64,000 nt of DNA from Candidatus Poribacteria bacterium (lineage in GTDB: Bacteria > Poribacteria > WGA-4E > PCPOR2b), in assembly GCA_965220385.1 (NCBI GenBank), contig OZ244825.1, positions 777,142 through 841,141 on the forward strand, read 5' to 3'. Position numbers and translations under genes: made by a program. Shown one piece after another: positions 47,059-56,863 of the stretch. The notes beneath the pieces were generated by a model. It saw nothing but the letters and a program-made list of their open reading frames with translations. It was not told where the DNA came from and made no database searches. Positions within the stretch are counted from its first letter, which is position 1. Every line of letters begins with the position of its first letter.

Positions 47059-48003
47059 CTACCTATGAACCCCTTTCTCCCAGTGTCGGACGAGCGGGTC
47101 AAGATCATCCCAGAAGGCTTCTGGAATCTCTAACTCAGCAGCCTTCACATTCTCTACCGCTTCCTCAGGGGTTCGAGCGCCCGGAATTGCTGTGGTCACC
47201 TGCGGGTGGCGGGTGGGCCACTGCAACGCTGCAGCGACGAGCGGAATCTCGTACTCTTGGCAAAGCCGTTGAATCTTGGACACATGATCCAAACACTCTT
47301 GGCTAAACTGTCGCCTTCCGTAGTCCCTCCCCGATATCGGTCCCGTCGCCAGCACGCCGACTTCAAGCGGTGTGGCACACGAGATCCCGATGTTATATTT
47401 CTCCGCAGCGGGCAGGATACGTTCAGCAGCTTCTTGGTTTAACAGACTCCACGCATCGGGGACAACCGCTGCGTCAAATTCGCCCGTCTCGATATAGGGT
47501 GTATTGGTCGGCGGATCGTTGGACGCCGAACCGATAAATCGCACCACCCCCTCGTTCTGAAGTCGACGCAACGCCCCTAACGCGCCATTTTTGCTCATCA
47601 CATCTTCCATCGGCACACCCATCGCATCGTGGATATAGACCAAATCAAGCTGCTCTAGCCCAAGCCGTTCAAGGCTCGCCTCCACGCTGCGTAAAGTACC
47701 GTCAAAAGAATGGTCTTTCCCCTCCCGATAGGCGCCCGTTTTGGTGACAACCGTGCATTTGGCAGCAAGATCTGCACGGCTCCTGAGTGCGTTGCCGACA
47801 ATCTTCTCAACAGCTGTACCCCCATAGAGCGGAGCGGTGTCGATCAGGTTGCAGCCCGCCTCAATGGCAGCGTGAACCGCCCGTGCCCCCATCTCTTCAT
47901 CTAAGTCTCGTGGCGGCTCCGACGGCTGACTGCCGATGTAGATGGTTCCCAGTCCGATGATAGTGACCTCAAGCCCTGTGCGTCCCAGAATTTTCGTTTT
48001 CAT
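47059..48003 (-). CDS. Aldo/keto reductase
   Basis: MKTKILGRTGLEVTIIGLG...; a GAGGT Shine-Dalgarno precedes the ATG at 48003. Confidence 0.8.
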   Translation of the reverse strand: MKTKILGRTGLEVTIIGLGTIYIGSQPSEPPRDLDEEMGARAVHAAIEAGCNLIDTAPLYGGTAVEKIVGNALRSRADLAAKCTVVTKTGAYREGKDHSFDGTLRSVEASLERLGLEQLDLVYIHDAMGVPMEDVMSKNGALGALRRLQNEGVVRFIGSASNDPPTNTPYIETGEFDAAVVPDAWSLLNQEAAERILPAAEKYNIGISCATPLEVGVLATGPISGRDYGRRQFSQECLDHVSKIQRLCQEYEIPLVAAALQWPTRHPQVTTAIPGARTPEEAVENVKAAELEIPEAFWDDLDPLVRHWEKGVHR

Positions 48004-48138
48004 GGCGACCTCGCTTGGTTGGTTCATTAGTTCATTGGTTTATTAGTTCATTCATGTACGATTGAACCAATGGAATTGTCTTCACGTTTCACGCCCGGCG
48101 TTGGTGTGCGTAAGATTTCGCTAGCGACATAAGTTATA

Positions 48139-48981
48139 CTATACGCTCTGTGCGAACTGGTCCAGGTGGTGTCGGGCGCGGTTAATCTCATCGGTCACCT
48201 CTGCGGTCGTATCGAGGATCGGGATCCCACGCGGAACGGGATGCATAAAGATCTCCGTCCATCCGGAGAAGTTAATCTTTTTTAACGCAGATAAAATCGG
48301 CGCAAAATCCAAAGTACCCCGCCCCGGCAGCTGCATCAATTCCTGTTCTTTTGGTAACTTCTCGTGGCAGCCCATGCCGTGTTGCCACGCATAGAATAGG
48401 GCTAACCCCGGTCCCAGATCCGTAATCAACTGCGCCACCAATTCGGCGTCGTCCGGCAGGTGGTAGGGCGCCAAAGCGATGCCGAGATGTGGGGAATCCG
48501 TGAACTCAATCAACCACCGCATTGAGTCCGGCGATTCAATCAATGCGCTGCTGTGGTTCTCAATGCTGATGGTGATGCCGTGCTGCTCGGCAGTTGCGAT
48601 GTGCGGCTTCAACCCTTCTGCGAACTCAGCGACCGCTGCACGTAACTCCTCACCCGCTAAGTCCTTAGGTCCCTTGCTGCCGGTCACAATTAAGGAAGCC
48701 CCAAAGTCTTCGCAAAAAGCCATCTCGTCCGCTAAGCCGAAAGGACCCAGATCGAAACGGGTTGATACGCCTAAACCCGCTCCGTGATCCGCAAGGAGCG
48801 CCGCAAAAGCTTCGTTCCCCATAGACTCGACCTGCTCCCGCTGATCGCCGTGGACACGCGGCCAAATATCGATTTTCTCACTCCCGATCTTCTCCACTTC
48901 CGGTACAATCTCGGCTAAGGAGGTAGTGCCGTACATGCACGAAGCGAGGATATAGTTTAATTCAAATGGTGTGTCACTCAT
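48139..48981 (-). CDS. Sugar phosphate isomerase/epimerase (xylose-isomerase-like TIM barrel)
   Basis: About 280 aa TIM-barrel pattern with conserved E/H metal ligands; translationally coupled to the upstream Gfo gene. Confidence 0.65.
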   Translation of the reverse strand: MSDTPFELNYILASCMYGTTSLAEIVPEVEKIGSEKIDIWPRVHGDQREQVESMGNEAFAALLADHGAGLGVSTRFDLGPFGLADEMAFCEDFGASLIVTGSKGPKDLAGEELRAAVAEFAEGLKPHIATAEQHGITISIENHSSALIESPDSMRWLIEFTDSPHLGIALAPYHLPDDAELVAQLITDLGPGLALFYAWQHGMGCHEKLPKEQELMQLPGRGTLDFAPILSALKKINFSGWTEIFMHPVPRGIPILDTTAEVTDEINRARHHLDQFAQSV

Positions 48982-50000
48982 AGCTTATCCACCTCCACAG
49001 ATTCTCCGCTTTTGCCAGACCGATATGCTGCCTCAATAATAGCCAAGACATGACGCCCTTCCGCAGGGGAGACCGGAACCTCTCCATCATTCTCAATCGC
49101 ATCCACAAAACGTCGCACCGCCACCGGCAACCCAAGCTCGTCCGGTCCTTCACTCTCCACCGGGGGATGCGCCCACTCTCCCGTCTCCTTGCGCCACACC
49201 GCCACCGGTGCCTCGCCGCCAAAGCGGATCTGCCCCTCAGTGCCCAAAATCTCATTTACACTGATTCCGCCTACCAGCGCCGACCAGCCAACCTGTATCG
49301 AAGTTGTTGCCCCGTTAGCGTGCTCAATCAGAACCAGCGCCGTATCTTCCACCTCGATATCCTGTACATGGCGACCGATCCGTGCATAGACCCTAACCGC
49401 CGGAGACCCGACATAATTGAGCGCGGTATAGACCTGGTGATAGCCGTTATCAATTAAAGGTCCGCCGCCGCCAGCTCTGGCTTCGGTGCGCCACTGCTGA
49501 GAGACACCTCTGCCCACCACGTGGGACCCACCGAAGCCTTCGGAACGCACCAGAAACACCGATCCGATTGCGCCCGCCTGTATCTGATCCATCGCCGCCC
49601 GGTGTGCCGCTGAGAAAAGCTGATTATGCCCGACCGTCATCTTGCGACCGGTGCGCTCTGACGCAGCGATCATCCGATCGACCTCCTCCAAGTTAGTAGC
49701 GATAGGTTTTTCGAGGAATACGTGAGCGCCCCGCTCCATCGCGGCAACCGCTTGAGGTTCGTGCAGATGGTGAGGGGTGCAGATATGCACCAAGTCCAGT
49801 TTTTCTTTGGCAAGCATCTCTTCCCAATTGGTATAAAGGTGCCCCGACGCAACCCCCAGTTTTCCGCCCATTAGGTCAAGGCGTTCTTGCGCGAGATCTG
49901 CCAGTGCGGTAACTGTTACGCGATCGTTCAACCTTGCTAGCATGGGTCCATGCCGCCGTTCCGTGATTCCGCCACAACCGATAATTCCTGCTCTCAACAT
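48978..50000 (-). CDS. Gfo/Idh/MocA-family oxidoreductase
   Basis: MLRAGIIGCGGITERRH...FLEKPIA. Confidence 0.8.
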   Translation of the reverse strand: MLRAGIIGCGGITERRHGPMLARLNDRVTVTALADLAQERLDLMGGKLGVASGHLYTNWEEMLAKEKLDLVHICTPHHLHEPQAVAAMERGAHVFLEKPIATNLEEVDRMIAASERTGRKMTVGHNQLFSAAHRAAMDQIQAGAIGSVFLVRSEGFGGSHVVGRGVSQQWRTEARAGGGGPLIDNGYHQVYTALNYVGSPAVRVYARIGRHVQDIEVEDTALVLIEHANGATTSIQVGWSALVGGISVNEILGTEGQIRFGGEAPVAVWRKETGEWAHPPVESEGPDELGLPVAVRRFVDAIENDGEVPVSPAEGRHVLAIIEAAYRSGKSGESVEVDKL

Positions 50001-50067
50001 AAATCGTCCTCCTCAGTGCGATTATAATAAATGTTATCCGTTCTGTCAATTGTCTTTATTGGTTCAT

Positions 50068-50150
50068 CGCTTCATTTAGCCCCAGTGGGGCGACATGTTT
50101 ATAGCACACGGATAAACAAATACCCTAAAGCCCCAGAGGGGCGACATGTG
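50068..50150. repeat. MITE-like repeat unit TTTAGCCCCAGTGGGGCGACATGTTTATAGCACACGGATAAACAAATACCCTAAAGCCCCAGAGGGGCGACATGTG
   Basis: Same family as 10263-10540 and 37048-37130. Confidence 0.8.
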
Positions 50151-50721
50151 TATCCGCAGGGCGGAACGCAAGAAGAATGGATGAACCAACTAATGAATCA
50201 ATGAACTCCCTGATACATCGGGATCCAAAGCGACTTGAACAATGTGGAAACAACTTTCTCATTAGCTAGGGTGTGTTGACATTTTGCTTTTGCTATCGCG
50301 AGAAACGCTCGAGTCACTGGAAAAGCTGCCAGAACCCGAGTTTTTTCTTCAAAACTCGGTTTCTTTTCTGGGGATTCTACGTCAGTGAACCAATGTATGG
50401 CTTTCTATTATCTGGTTACAATGAAATGTCAACAGAATCTAGCACCAAAGGTTAATACTCCGCTAGGACCAAAACAGGAATGACCAAAATTCCCATTTTT
50501 TCCTTCAAAACTACCGCTTGCAATTATATCGCCTGACAGTTATAATTCTACTCAATACGAAAATCCTGAAGACAGTAGATCCAACGAATGACTTTCTAAA
50601 ATCCCTCACTGTCTATGCCTACTATGCGGGTGAATGAATATTATCAGTCACACACAATTTTTAGTCCCTACCCAATTTTATAAATGAACCTCATACTTCC
50701 GAACGATACAGGAGAAGACAA

Positions 50722-51672
50722 ATGAAATATGTGGAGCTTGGCACAACCGGAGAGCAGGTATCCCTTGTCGCCTTGGGGTGCATGAGCCTAACACCCACCG
50801 CGAAGGAACGCAGCATCGCAACCGTCCATCGTGCCTATGAACTGGGCATCACTCTATACGATACCGCCGACATCTACGGCGACGGCGAATCCGAAAAAAT
50901 ACTCGGAGAAGCCCTCCGGGAGGGCAATATCCCACGTGAAAAGGTGATTATCGCCTCCAAATGCGCCGCCCTGCGGTACGAAAATGTATATACATGGAAT
51001 CTGTCCGGGGACTACATCAAGGAGTGCTGTGAGGGATCGCTCAAGCGTTTGGGGGTGGACTATATAGACCTCTATCAGCCGCACCGCATTGACTATCTCG
51101 CACACCCAGAGGAAACCGCCCGTGCACTGGAGGATCTGAAAGCAGAGGGGAAGATCCGGCATGTCGGTGTCAGCAACTATACGCCAGATGAGATCCGCGC
51201 CATCTCCGCTTATACCCGCGTAGAAGCACTCCAGACGCTATTTCACCTGCTAATCCAAGAACCTCTTGAGGTCGGTCTCGCCGCGGTCTGCTTGGAAAAG
51301 AAGATGAATATGCTCTGCTACAGTCCGCTTGCCGGCGGACTGCTCACGGGAAATAAACCGCTGCCGCACACCTTCGATCAGGGATTCGGCGATTGGCAGG
51401 AACAACGTGAACAAGGTGTCGTAGCGCAGGTAAAGATAGTCGCTGATCGATACGGCGTAACCCCGGGACAGATCGCTTTAGCATGGCTTATGGCACTACC
51501 CGGTGGTGTTATCCCACTCGTAGGCACCGGCAACCCCGACCACATTGCAGAAGGTGCGAAGGCTGCGGATATTACGCTGGAGCGTGACGATTGGTATGAA
51601 CTGACCGTCATTGGTCGCGGTCGTCGGATGCGGTGGCGGGGAAGACCCTATGTCTATTTAAAGGATCGGTAG
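50722..51672 (+). CDS. Aldo/keto reductase
   Basis: MKYVELGTTGEQVSLVALGCM...DTADIYG. Confidence 0.8.
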   Translation: MKYVELGTTGEQVSLVALGCMSLTPTAKERSIATVHRAYELGITLYDTADIYGDGESEKILGEALREGNIPREKVIIASKCAALRYENVYTWNLSGDYIKECCEGSLKRLGVDYIDLYQPHRIDYLAHPEETARALEDLKAEGKIRHVGVSNYTPDEIRAISAYTRVEALQTLFHLLIQEPLEVGLAAVCLEKKMNMLCYSPLAGGLLTGNKPLPHTFDQGFGDWQEQREQGVVAQVKIVADRYGVTPGQIALAWLMALPGGVIPLVGTGNPDHIAEGAKAADITLERDDWYELTVIGRGRRMRWRGRPYVYLKDR

Positions 51673-51776
51673 TATTGGTTCACTAGTTCATAAGCCCCCC
51701 TGACCAGGGGGATTTAGGGGGTTAAAACACACTCTCGCCGCGTGCCTGTAGTTCACTATTTTATTGAATTGGCGAA

Positions 51777-52654
51777 CCCCTGAAAGGAGATACACTGTGA
51801 TTGATTTTTCACGCTCCACGTTTACTTGGCATTCACTTCCATGGACGCCCGATCCCTACTATCGTTGGACAGGCGGTTTTGTGGGAGAGCCTGGTCAAGC
51901 GTATCATGTCCGATTCGGCCTTGAAGCCAGCTGCGAAGTACGAGACGAATCGAGCGGACATGTTAGAAAGATGTTTCTCGGGGCACCGTGTCGGAGCGAG
52001 TACACAATCGCGTCCCGAAACATGTTCCAGATTCCCAGTGGTGAGTGGCGTATGGCTTTCAGCGATGAATCGCAGTTAAGCATCGCGAGAAGACCGAGCA
52101 ACGAATCCGAGGAAGCCTCAACGAGAAAGCTCAGCGAGATCTATCAAAGTTATAAGGTTGATGTGCGTTCCCATGATAACTTTTCTGAGCTGACCGATAT
52201 AGGTGAGATCTGTGAAGCAACCCTGAACGGCGACCTACTAAACGCAAGGTCAACCTACCGCGATGCCGACCGCGGACTCTCGATCTCGGTCGAATATCCC
52301 GTAGATGTCATGAACCTCAATGTAGAGGATAAGCAGTTCCAAGTCTGTACCGGCCCCATCATGCTGCCCGACCTCCACACTTGGGACGGTAACGACGTTA
52401 AGCGGGTGTTTCAGGCGCAGGTCGCTATCTCCGCATTTGACTGGGTGGAATTCATCTTACTACGGGAGATCAACGCATCGGATGCGGATCGGGAATGGCT
52501 GGACAAGCCCCGCGGTCGAGATCGTCTGGAGCTGCGAGATCCGAATAATCCACCGCCCAACTATCCGCCCGCACGACCCCGTCCTACCGTTTATAATGAA
52601 GTCTGGGAATTTGAAGCCGCCAACGTTGTGTTACGAGCAACAAATCCAGTTTAA
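51777..52654 (+). CDS. Hypothetical protein
   Basis: GTG after an AGGAG Shine-Dalgarno; no recognisable domains; Pro-rich C-terminus. Confidence 0.35.
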
Positions 52655-52777
52655 TCCACTAATTCATTGTCAGTGGCGAACACAGGTCTGCATTCCCTTC
52701 AAGTCCCATAGGATAAGAAACCGAGTTTTTTCTTGAAAACTCGGTTTCTTTCTATGATGCACATACGGAAGAATCTT

Positions 52778-53830
52778 AAACATTTAGGAGTTACGCAGTT
52801 GAGGTGTAAATTGGTTTATTGAGATAATCCCGGACAGCATCTCTGATAATGGAGAGTTTAGCTTCAAACCAACTGATGCCTGTCAAAAACCGGTGTCGCT
52901 CCAAACGTAGAAATGCTCTCAATGCGAGACCGATATGGTTCCGTTGTGCCACCGCCTTGCGCGCAAAACACCTTTCAACGCCAACAAATTGCTTGATACC
53001 GCGATGATATTCTTCAATAGCCCAACCCAACTCAGCATATTTGAGTCGAAATAGTTCGTTCATTGAGAGATCACTTGTTGCCCAATATTCAATGTTGCCG
53101 TTTTTGGAAACGATCCTGAACACTTTAATCAATCCGTATCCCTTCAGATGAACGATAGTCCCTTTGTTGCTAATTGGTAACTGGCTGACCGGTTGATTGC
53201 CTTGTCTATTGAGGTTGACCTGTCGATTCGACTTCAATTGGGTCAACCAGTGCCATTGATACTTTTGAATCGTCTTTAGATTCTTCAAACTGCTGTACCA
53301 ACTGTCAAACACGACGCACTCTGGAGCAAACCCTCTGGCATCAGCGGTGGCAATCAGTGCTTGGAAGTGGTCATTTTTGGTCAAACCATCATGGGCTTTA
53401 TTATACAAGCGATAGTCGCAAGGAATGTGACTGTCACCATCGGTCCACATCAGTGTAATGAGGTTAATGCCTGATACCACTTGTTGGTGTTTGCCTGACC
53501 AGTGACGGGTGACAAGATCCATCTTCTGTGCATACGGTTTATCAAGCGTTGAGTCGTCTATGACTAAAACGCCTTGGGTTTTGTTGACACAAGGTGCTGC
53601 CTCACGCCACAACGATTCTGAATCAGCAGGCAGTCTATACAACAACCGATTCAATGAGTCATGGGCAGGTGGATTATCGTCTGAAGGCTGCACGCGGGCT
53701 GCCTCTGTGCAACTGTAGGTACTCGGGGTGGCTATCACAAAGTTGATGTAGTCATATTCGGTACATTTGGCTGGATTCATAAACACTATTATAACCTATT
53801 TGGATGCTCAACTGCGTAACTCCTAACATT
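52778..53830 (-). mobile_element. IS701-like insertion sequence (DDE transposase 52791..53786) bounded by inverted repeats TTAGGAGTTACGCAGTTG
   Basis: Transposase motifs VIDDS...VFDSWY...EEYHRGIKQ are typical of the IS701/IS4 superfamily. The left inverted repeat TTAGGAGTTACGCAGTTGAGG (52778-52798) matches the reverse complement of CAACTGCGTAACTCCTAA (53813-53830). Confidence 0.7.
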
Positions 53831-54079
53831 ATAGGACTTACGCACTTGAACACTCAAAATTTGTAGTTCGGTGATGAATCACCGCAGTACGCCATTTCCA
53901 ACGCCCGTTTCTTAATCCCGCCTGCCTGCTCTCGGCTTGTCGGAGTCCCGCCTGTCCCGATTTATCGGGGATTCATCGGGGATTTATCGGGGATTCATTG
54001 CGCGTCCGGACGGTCAATAAATCGCCCTACTACAAACTGAACTGCGTAACTCCTAACATTATTTCAACGTAAGAGGTAT

Positions 54080-55315
54080 TTGATGCACGCAGAAATTGTT
54101 ATGATTGGAACCGAACTCCTGCTCGGAGAGATTGTCGACACGAACGCTAACAGATTGGCACTCGCACTCCGAGATGTTGGGCTAGACCTATACTACAAAA
54201 CAACTGTCGGCGATAATCTTGACCGAATGACCGAGGTCCTCAACTTGGCGCTTGATCGGTCGGATGTCATCATCACCTCCGGCGGTATCGGTCCCACAGT
54301 GGACGACGTCACACGCCAAGCCGTTGCCAACGCAACCGGGCGTAGACTGGTCTACAGCACGGAATTGGAGGCTGAGATTGCCGCACGTTTCAACCGGTTT
54401 GGTCGACCAATGGCGGACAACAACAAACGTCAAGCCTACATCCCCGAAGGCGCAACGCCGCTGACAAATCCCGTGGGGACGGCGCCCTGCTATCTGAGCG
54501 AGGATGTGAACGGGCGGGGCTGTATCATTTCGCTGCCGGGTGTGCCGAGGGAGCTGGACCACATGATGGAGAACACCGTCATTCCGCTGCTGATCGAACG
54601 CATGGGTGGAATCAAGATCACGCGGGTTCGTGTGCTACGCACATGTGCCGTGGGAGAGAGTAATATTGATCGCGGAATCGGCGATCTGATGACGGAGGGC
54701 AATCCTACCGTAGGACTGGCAGCCCATATCGGTCAGACTGATGTGCGAATCACCGCAAAGGCGGATACGGAAGAAGAAGCCGATACGCTCGTCGCTGGAA
54801 TGGAAGAAAAACTCCGCGAACGGTTAGGGGTCGCCGTTTATGGTGTGGGCAAGGTAACGGTGGCGGAGGTCGTCGGCGAGCTTATGCAAGAAAAATCGCT
54901 CAGGATAGGCGTAGTCGATACACTCACCGGCGGTCAACTCGCACGAGATCTCGTTGAGTCCGGCTATGCTGACCTCGTTGTGACTGACCTTGCTCCGGCT
55001 AATTTAACGGAGGCGTCGAAACATTCGGACGCTGCTATCGCCGACCCCACGGATGTTGAAGAAGCGCGTTCCCTCGCTGTGTCCCTCGCTGAGGGTGTGA
55101 CACCCGCCGGCGGCATAGGACTTGCAATGATTGGACCCTATGAAGATTCGTCCACCTTTGTTGCCTTGAACGGACCGGGAGAAGCAGGTCTCTTTGAACG
55201 GGGGCGCAACTTTCAGGATACCGATCATATGCGTCGGTGGTTGGTTGTCCAATCCTTGGATTGGGTTCGCCGCACACTCTTGGGACAGATGAAGTCGCCG
55301 GTGGATTGGAATTAG
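54080..55315 (+). CDS. CinA-family competence/damage-inducible protein (MoCF-binding domain plus C-terminal CinA domain)
   Basis: MMHAEIVMIGTELLLGEIVDTNA...ITSGGIGPTVDD. Confidence 0.75.
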   Translation: MMHAEIVMIGTELLLGEIVDTNANRLALALRDVGLDLYYKTTVGDNLDRMTEVLNLALDRSDVIITSGGIGPTVDDVTRQAVANATGRRLVYSTELEAEIAARFNRFGRPMADNNKRQAYIPEGATPLTNPVGTAPCYLSEDVNGRGCIISLPGVPRELDHMMENTVIPLLIERMGGIKITRVRVLRTCAVGESNIDRGIGDLMTEGNPTVGLAAHIGQTDVRITAKADTEEEADTLVAGMEEKLRERLGVAVYGVGKVTVAEVVGELMQEKSLRIGVVDTLTGGQLARDLVESGYADLVVTDLAPANLTEASKHSDAAIADPTDVEEARSLAVSLAEGVTPAGGIGLAMIGPYEDSSTFVALNGPGEAGLFERGRNFQDTDHMRRWLVVQSLDWVRRTLLGQMKSPVDWN

Positions 55316-55334
55316 CCTACAGGAGGTAGAACTA

Positions 55335-55811
55335 ATGGCTAAACTTGACGGATTAACTCCCGCAAAACGGTTGTATCTTGAATATTGGACAGCATTCCGA
55401 GATCTTCTAGAAGAACGTAGCGGACTGATTAATCCCGTCAAACCTTCCGTGGAGAGAGAACTGCACTTTGGTATTGGTCGTACTGGGTTTCATATCACCG
55501 TTCTTGCTAGTGTTAGGAGTGAATGGATCTGTGTGCGTCTTGTACTGAATCATCAGGAAGCCAAAAGTCACTTTCATCTCTTGGAATGGGATAGGATAAA
55601 TATTGAAAAAGAGTTCGGTGCTAAATTGGAATGGGAGGAAAAACCTGGATTCAAAGAGAAGCACATAAGACGCTTTCTGTATGGCACCGATCTTAAAGAC
55701 CGACACGATTGGAACAGACAGCACTTGTGGCTATATCAGCAACTCGAAACCTTTTACAAAGTCTTCTCGCGGCGAGTTAAAGAACTTGACGCTAACGATT
55801 ATCACCCCTGA
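55335..55811 (+). CDS. DUF4268-domain protein (short, stand-alone)
   Basis: LYLEYWTAFRDLL...W..E.K......I pattern is shared with the C-terminal half of the next gene. Confidence 0.5.
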   Translation: MAKLDGLTPAKRLYLEYWTAFRDLLEERSGLINPVKPSVERELHFGIGRTGFHITVLASVRSEWICVRLVLNHQEAKSHFHLLEWDRINIEKEFGAKLEWEEKPGFKEKHIRRFLYGTDLKDRHDWNRQHLWLYQQLETFYKVFSRRVKELDANDYHP

Positions 55812-55858
55812 GACTAGCCGTATAGATGAATCGGCTCAGAATAAAGGAGATAGGATTG

Positions 55859-56842
55859 ATGGCAAAACTTGAACGTTTAACCAAAGTCCCTCTCAGGGAC
55901 TTTTGGGAAGGGGAGGCGAGTGATTTCACGCCTTGGTTGGCTGACGAGGAAAATATAAGCCTATTGGGTGAGACAATTGGTATTGAAATGGAAGTCGAGG
56001 CGCAGGAGAAAAATGTTGGTCCGTTCAGAGCGGATATTCTGTGTAAGGATACAGTGACAGACAGTTCGGTGCTCATTGAAAATCAGCTTGAGCGGACAAA
56101 TCACACCCATCTCGGTCAATTGTTAACCTATGCCGCTGGGTTGGAAGCTGTAACAGTGGTATGGATCGCGGAACACTTTACCGAGGAGCATCGTGCTGCA
56201 CTCGACTGGCTCAACGAGATTACGGATGAAGGGTTTAGCTTCTTCGGGCTGGAGATTCAACTGTGGCGAATTAATGATTCACCGATGGCACCGAAGTTTA
56301 ACGTGGTCTCACATCCTAACAGTTGGCAGAAAACTGTTACGAGAATATCGCGAGGTGAATTAAGCACCACAAATCAGTTGTATCTCGAATACTGGACGAA
56401 GCTACGAAATCTTCTAGAACAACGTGACGGCGTGATTAACCCCAGAGAACCTCGGACTGCGAACTGGCTAGGTGTTAGCATTGGTCGCTCAAAGTTTCTG
56501 CTCGCTGCTTCTGCTAGCATGAGAGACAAATGGATCTGTGTGAGCCTTACGCTTAGAGGCCCCGATGCAAAACCTCACTTCCAGCTCTTGAAAAGGGAAA
56601 AGGCAGATATCGAAGAAGAGATTGGTGACAAGCTGGAGTGGGATGAAAAGGACGATTGGGAGCGAAGCGAAATAAGTCTCTCTTTTCCGAAGGAAATCGA
56701 TCTCGAAGACCGCGGAGACTGGAATAGACAGCACCAATGGCTCTGTGAGAAACTTGAAACCTTTCATCAGGTTTTCTCGCGGCGGGTTAAAGAGCTTGAT
56801 GCCAGCGATTATCTCCCCGAAGAGGACGAGACCGACGAATAA
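55859..56842 (+). CDS. PD-(D/E)xK nuclease-like N-terminal domain fused to a C-terminal DUF4268 domain
   Basis: N-terminus ...EMEVEAQEK...FRADILCKD...VLIENQLE (E...D...ExQ-type restriction-endonuclease-fold motif); C-terminal half is about 45% identical to the 55335 protein. Confidence 0.5.
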   Translation: MAKLERLTKVPLRDFWEGEASDFTPWLADEENISLLGETIGIEMEVEAQEKNVGPFRADILCKDTVTDSSVLIENQLERTNHTHLGQLLTYAAGLEAVTVVWIAEHFTEEHRAALDWLNEITDEGFSFFGLEIQLWRINDSPMAPKFNVVSHPNSWQKTVTRISRGELSTTNQLYLEYWTKLRNLLEQRDGVINPREPRTANWLGVSIGRSKFLLAASASMRDKWICVSLTLRGPDAKPHFQLLKREKADIEEEIGDKLEWDEKDDWERSEISLSFPKEIDLEDRGDWNRQHQWLCEKLETFHQVFSRRVKELDASDYLPEEDETDE

Positions 56843-56863
56843 ACCAAAAAACATTGGCCATAA

